Part shown: positions 62,148-64,000 of the stretch, in pieces | How the letters are laid out: every line of letters begins with the position of its first letter | Position numbering within the stretch: the stretch's first letter is position 1 | NCBI GenBank assembly: GCA_030248215.1 | Contig: JASANG010001649.1 | Location: forward strand, 372,001-436,000 | Direction: 5' to 3' | Origin: Enoplolaimus lenunculus | Lineage: Eukaryota | Length of the DNA stretch: 64,000 bases | The notes under the pieces: generated by a model | Told to the model about the DNA's origin: nothing | The model's input: only the letters and a program-made list of their open reading frames with translations | Databases searched by the model: none | Position numbers and translations under genes: made by a program

Positions 62148-63956
62148 ACAGATCTATGAGGGATCTAGGGATCGGATCCCCGCCACAGGGCACCAAGCAT
62201 CATAATTTTTGAATACTAAGAAACCAACTACGAAACGTGTCAAGAGTTTCGTGTATGCATGTTAAAGTTAATATTGAATACCACCTGCACTGAGAAATCC
62301 CAAAACCGTCACAGGATGCAAGAACAAACTGAAAGAATTATTTTAAATTCTATTGTTTTCATTACATATTAAAACTAAAATTTCGTTCGCTATTTTCAAA
62401 CAGTCCGACAACAATCCTTTAATTTTAGGCTTCAGGTTGCACTCTTGAAAACAAACAACCCAGCATATTGAACCTGGCTCGTGGACCCCAAATATATTAT
62501 CGGTGGTTTTGTAATTTCACATTTTAATCTTTTTTCCGAATATACCGCTCATTGCCTATATGCATGGGCGTTGCCAGGCATTTATGAGGGGTGCCGCTGT
62601 AGACCCTTGGATTTTCTAAGAAACTTTTACATAAGTAAGTATTTATAGTAAAAAAGTTTAGGAAAATTGCAACTGCAGCAACCAGTTCAAAAACGTTTCT
62701 TTGTGGGTCCACTGGCACGTCTCAACCAATATTCTCGCACCACCCAGAAGGATACAGTCGTCGGTGCGAATGAATAACCATCGACAAGAAACGAAGCTTA
62801 AATAGACCAAATGGTTGCGAAATACGTATGTTGCAGTTAAAATTGGTATAACCGTACATACGGCTATTAATCTTAGCCAGTTAAATTGGCAATTGCGGCG
62901 ATTCACAAAATTTTCGACATATTATATTCGGTATTGGGCTAAATTACGTCCTGGGCCAGCTTAAAGTGAAATTCACTCGGATGAAACGGGACGTTTGTGA
63001 TTGGTTAATTCGTAACTGTGTAAAACATCTGTATTGCTTCCACTTTATTTGTTCGCTGATTGGGTAAATTTTATTTCCGCAAACGGTAAAACCAACGAAG
63101 TAAAACATATGAGAACTGGCCGAGAGGACGAAAATATTTTTTCATCATCCTGCCCAAAATAAACAACATTCGGCCTCTTCCATGCCAATATATTAAAATC
63201 GAGGGGTTTTCATAATTAACGAACCCGAATAGAGGCAATTACTGCGTTCAATAATACTGCCCTTATCCGACCATTCCAATGCAAGTTTTTCCCCTGGTCT
63301 CAGAAAATGTTTAAGTAGCCAATCAGAGAACAGTACTCGTCCCAGCCAATACAATTTATGTATGGCATTGGGTAATAAACAATCACAATACTGTAGCTTG
63401 ATCGGAGAAAAAATTCAATCTTGAGCAAGCTCAACCCGTAATTTCGCTTTAGACTACCCCAATTTTGAACTTGGTTGCATAAGGGTGTGGGCTACGACGT
63501 ACATTTTTGAACGAAGCGAACGCTGCATAAAGTAAAAATGCGATTTTACCAATAAAAATTAATTATCAACTGTTTGCTTGGCTGCTGTTCACAGTATAAG
63601 AGTTATCCTAAAACTGATTGTAAACCTAATTTTCGAGAAATTGTAAAGTCGTTTCGTCTTTTCGTCACGAAACAGCACCATTCTACGACCGTATTCTAGT
63701 ACAGACATAGACTGAATGAGCTTCATTTGTATAAGAAATAAATAAAACAGTGCCCAAGCCATAACTAAAAAAGCGACTCGAAAAACAACAATCGAATCGA
63801 GCTTTAAGCGACTCATCTATTTCCCTTGACAATTTTTGGACATGCTTTAAACTTGTGCTCTTTTTTGATTGGCTGGCCAGATCACGTTTTATGCCCGGTT
63901 GTTGTCGTACCCTTTGCTATTTAAGGGACGAGAAACAGACGAAGACAGCGCCTCAC

Positions 63957-64000
63957 GAGGCTCCCCGGCCAGTCGTCACTGAGCCACCATACGATCCGCG
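63957..64000 (-). CDS. Candidate upstream exon of the DEG/ENaC gene (3' part only; runs off the window)
   Basis: GC-rich open frame RGSYGGSVTTGRGA followed by TC|gtgagg, a phase-2 donor that matches the phase-2 acceptor at 57286. No homology support. Confidence 0.3.

Noticed and set aside
63589..63816. 75-aa hydrophobic minus-strand ORF as first exon of the channel
   Set aside because: No convincing donor joining it to 57286, and the hydrophobicity is explained by T-rich composition.
62990..63880. Cluster of CCAAT/ATTGG boxes as a promoter
   Set aside because: They lie within repeat-like segments, the transcription start is unknown, and there is no other support.

Overview
AT-rich eukaryotic (animal) genomic DNA, most likely from a nematode; this is inferred from TTTCAG splice acceptors and dispersed degenerate TTAGGC/GCCTAA tracts. 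One protein-coding gene is well supported: a minus-strand, multi-exon DEG/ENaC (degenerin/ASIC-type) channel at 57286-49538. I joined six exons by hand through GT-AG sites with matching phases, giving 1046 aa from Met at 57027. The same frame stays open for 86 more codons upstream and contains a poly-Asn tract. The protein has an ASIC-sized ectodomain, a divergent TM2 and an unusually long (~590 aa) low-complexity cytoplasmic tail with a PPPY motif. The rest of the window (1-49500 and the introns) has no recognisable gene. It is dense in short non-autonomous DNA transposons (MITEs): hAT-like elements with 8-bp target-site duplications (TSDs; some nested), fold-back elements, TA-flanked elements and a family carrying telomere-like repeats. 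There are also two palindromic minisatellites and a perfect 137-bp tandem duplication. I saw no transposase, rRNA, tRNA or CRISPR array. Family assignments come from terminal structure only; no database search was run.
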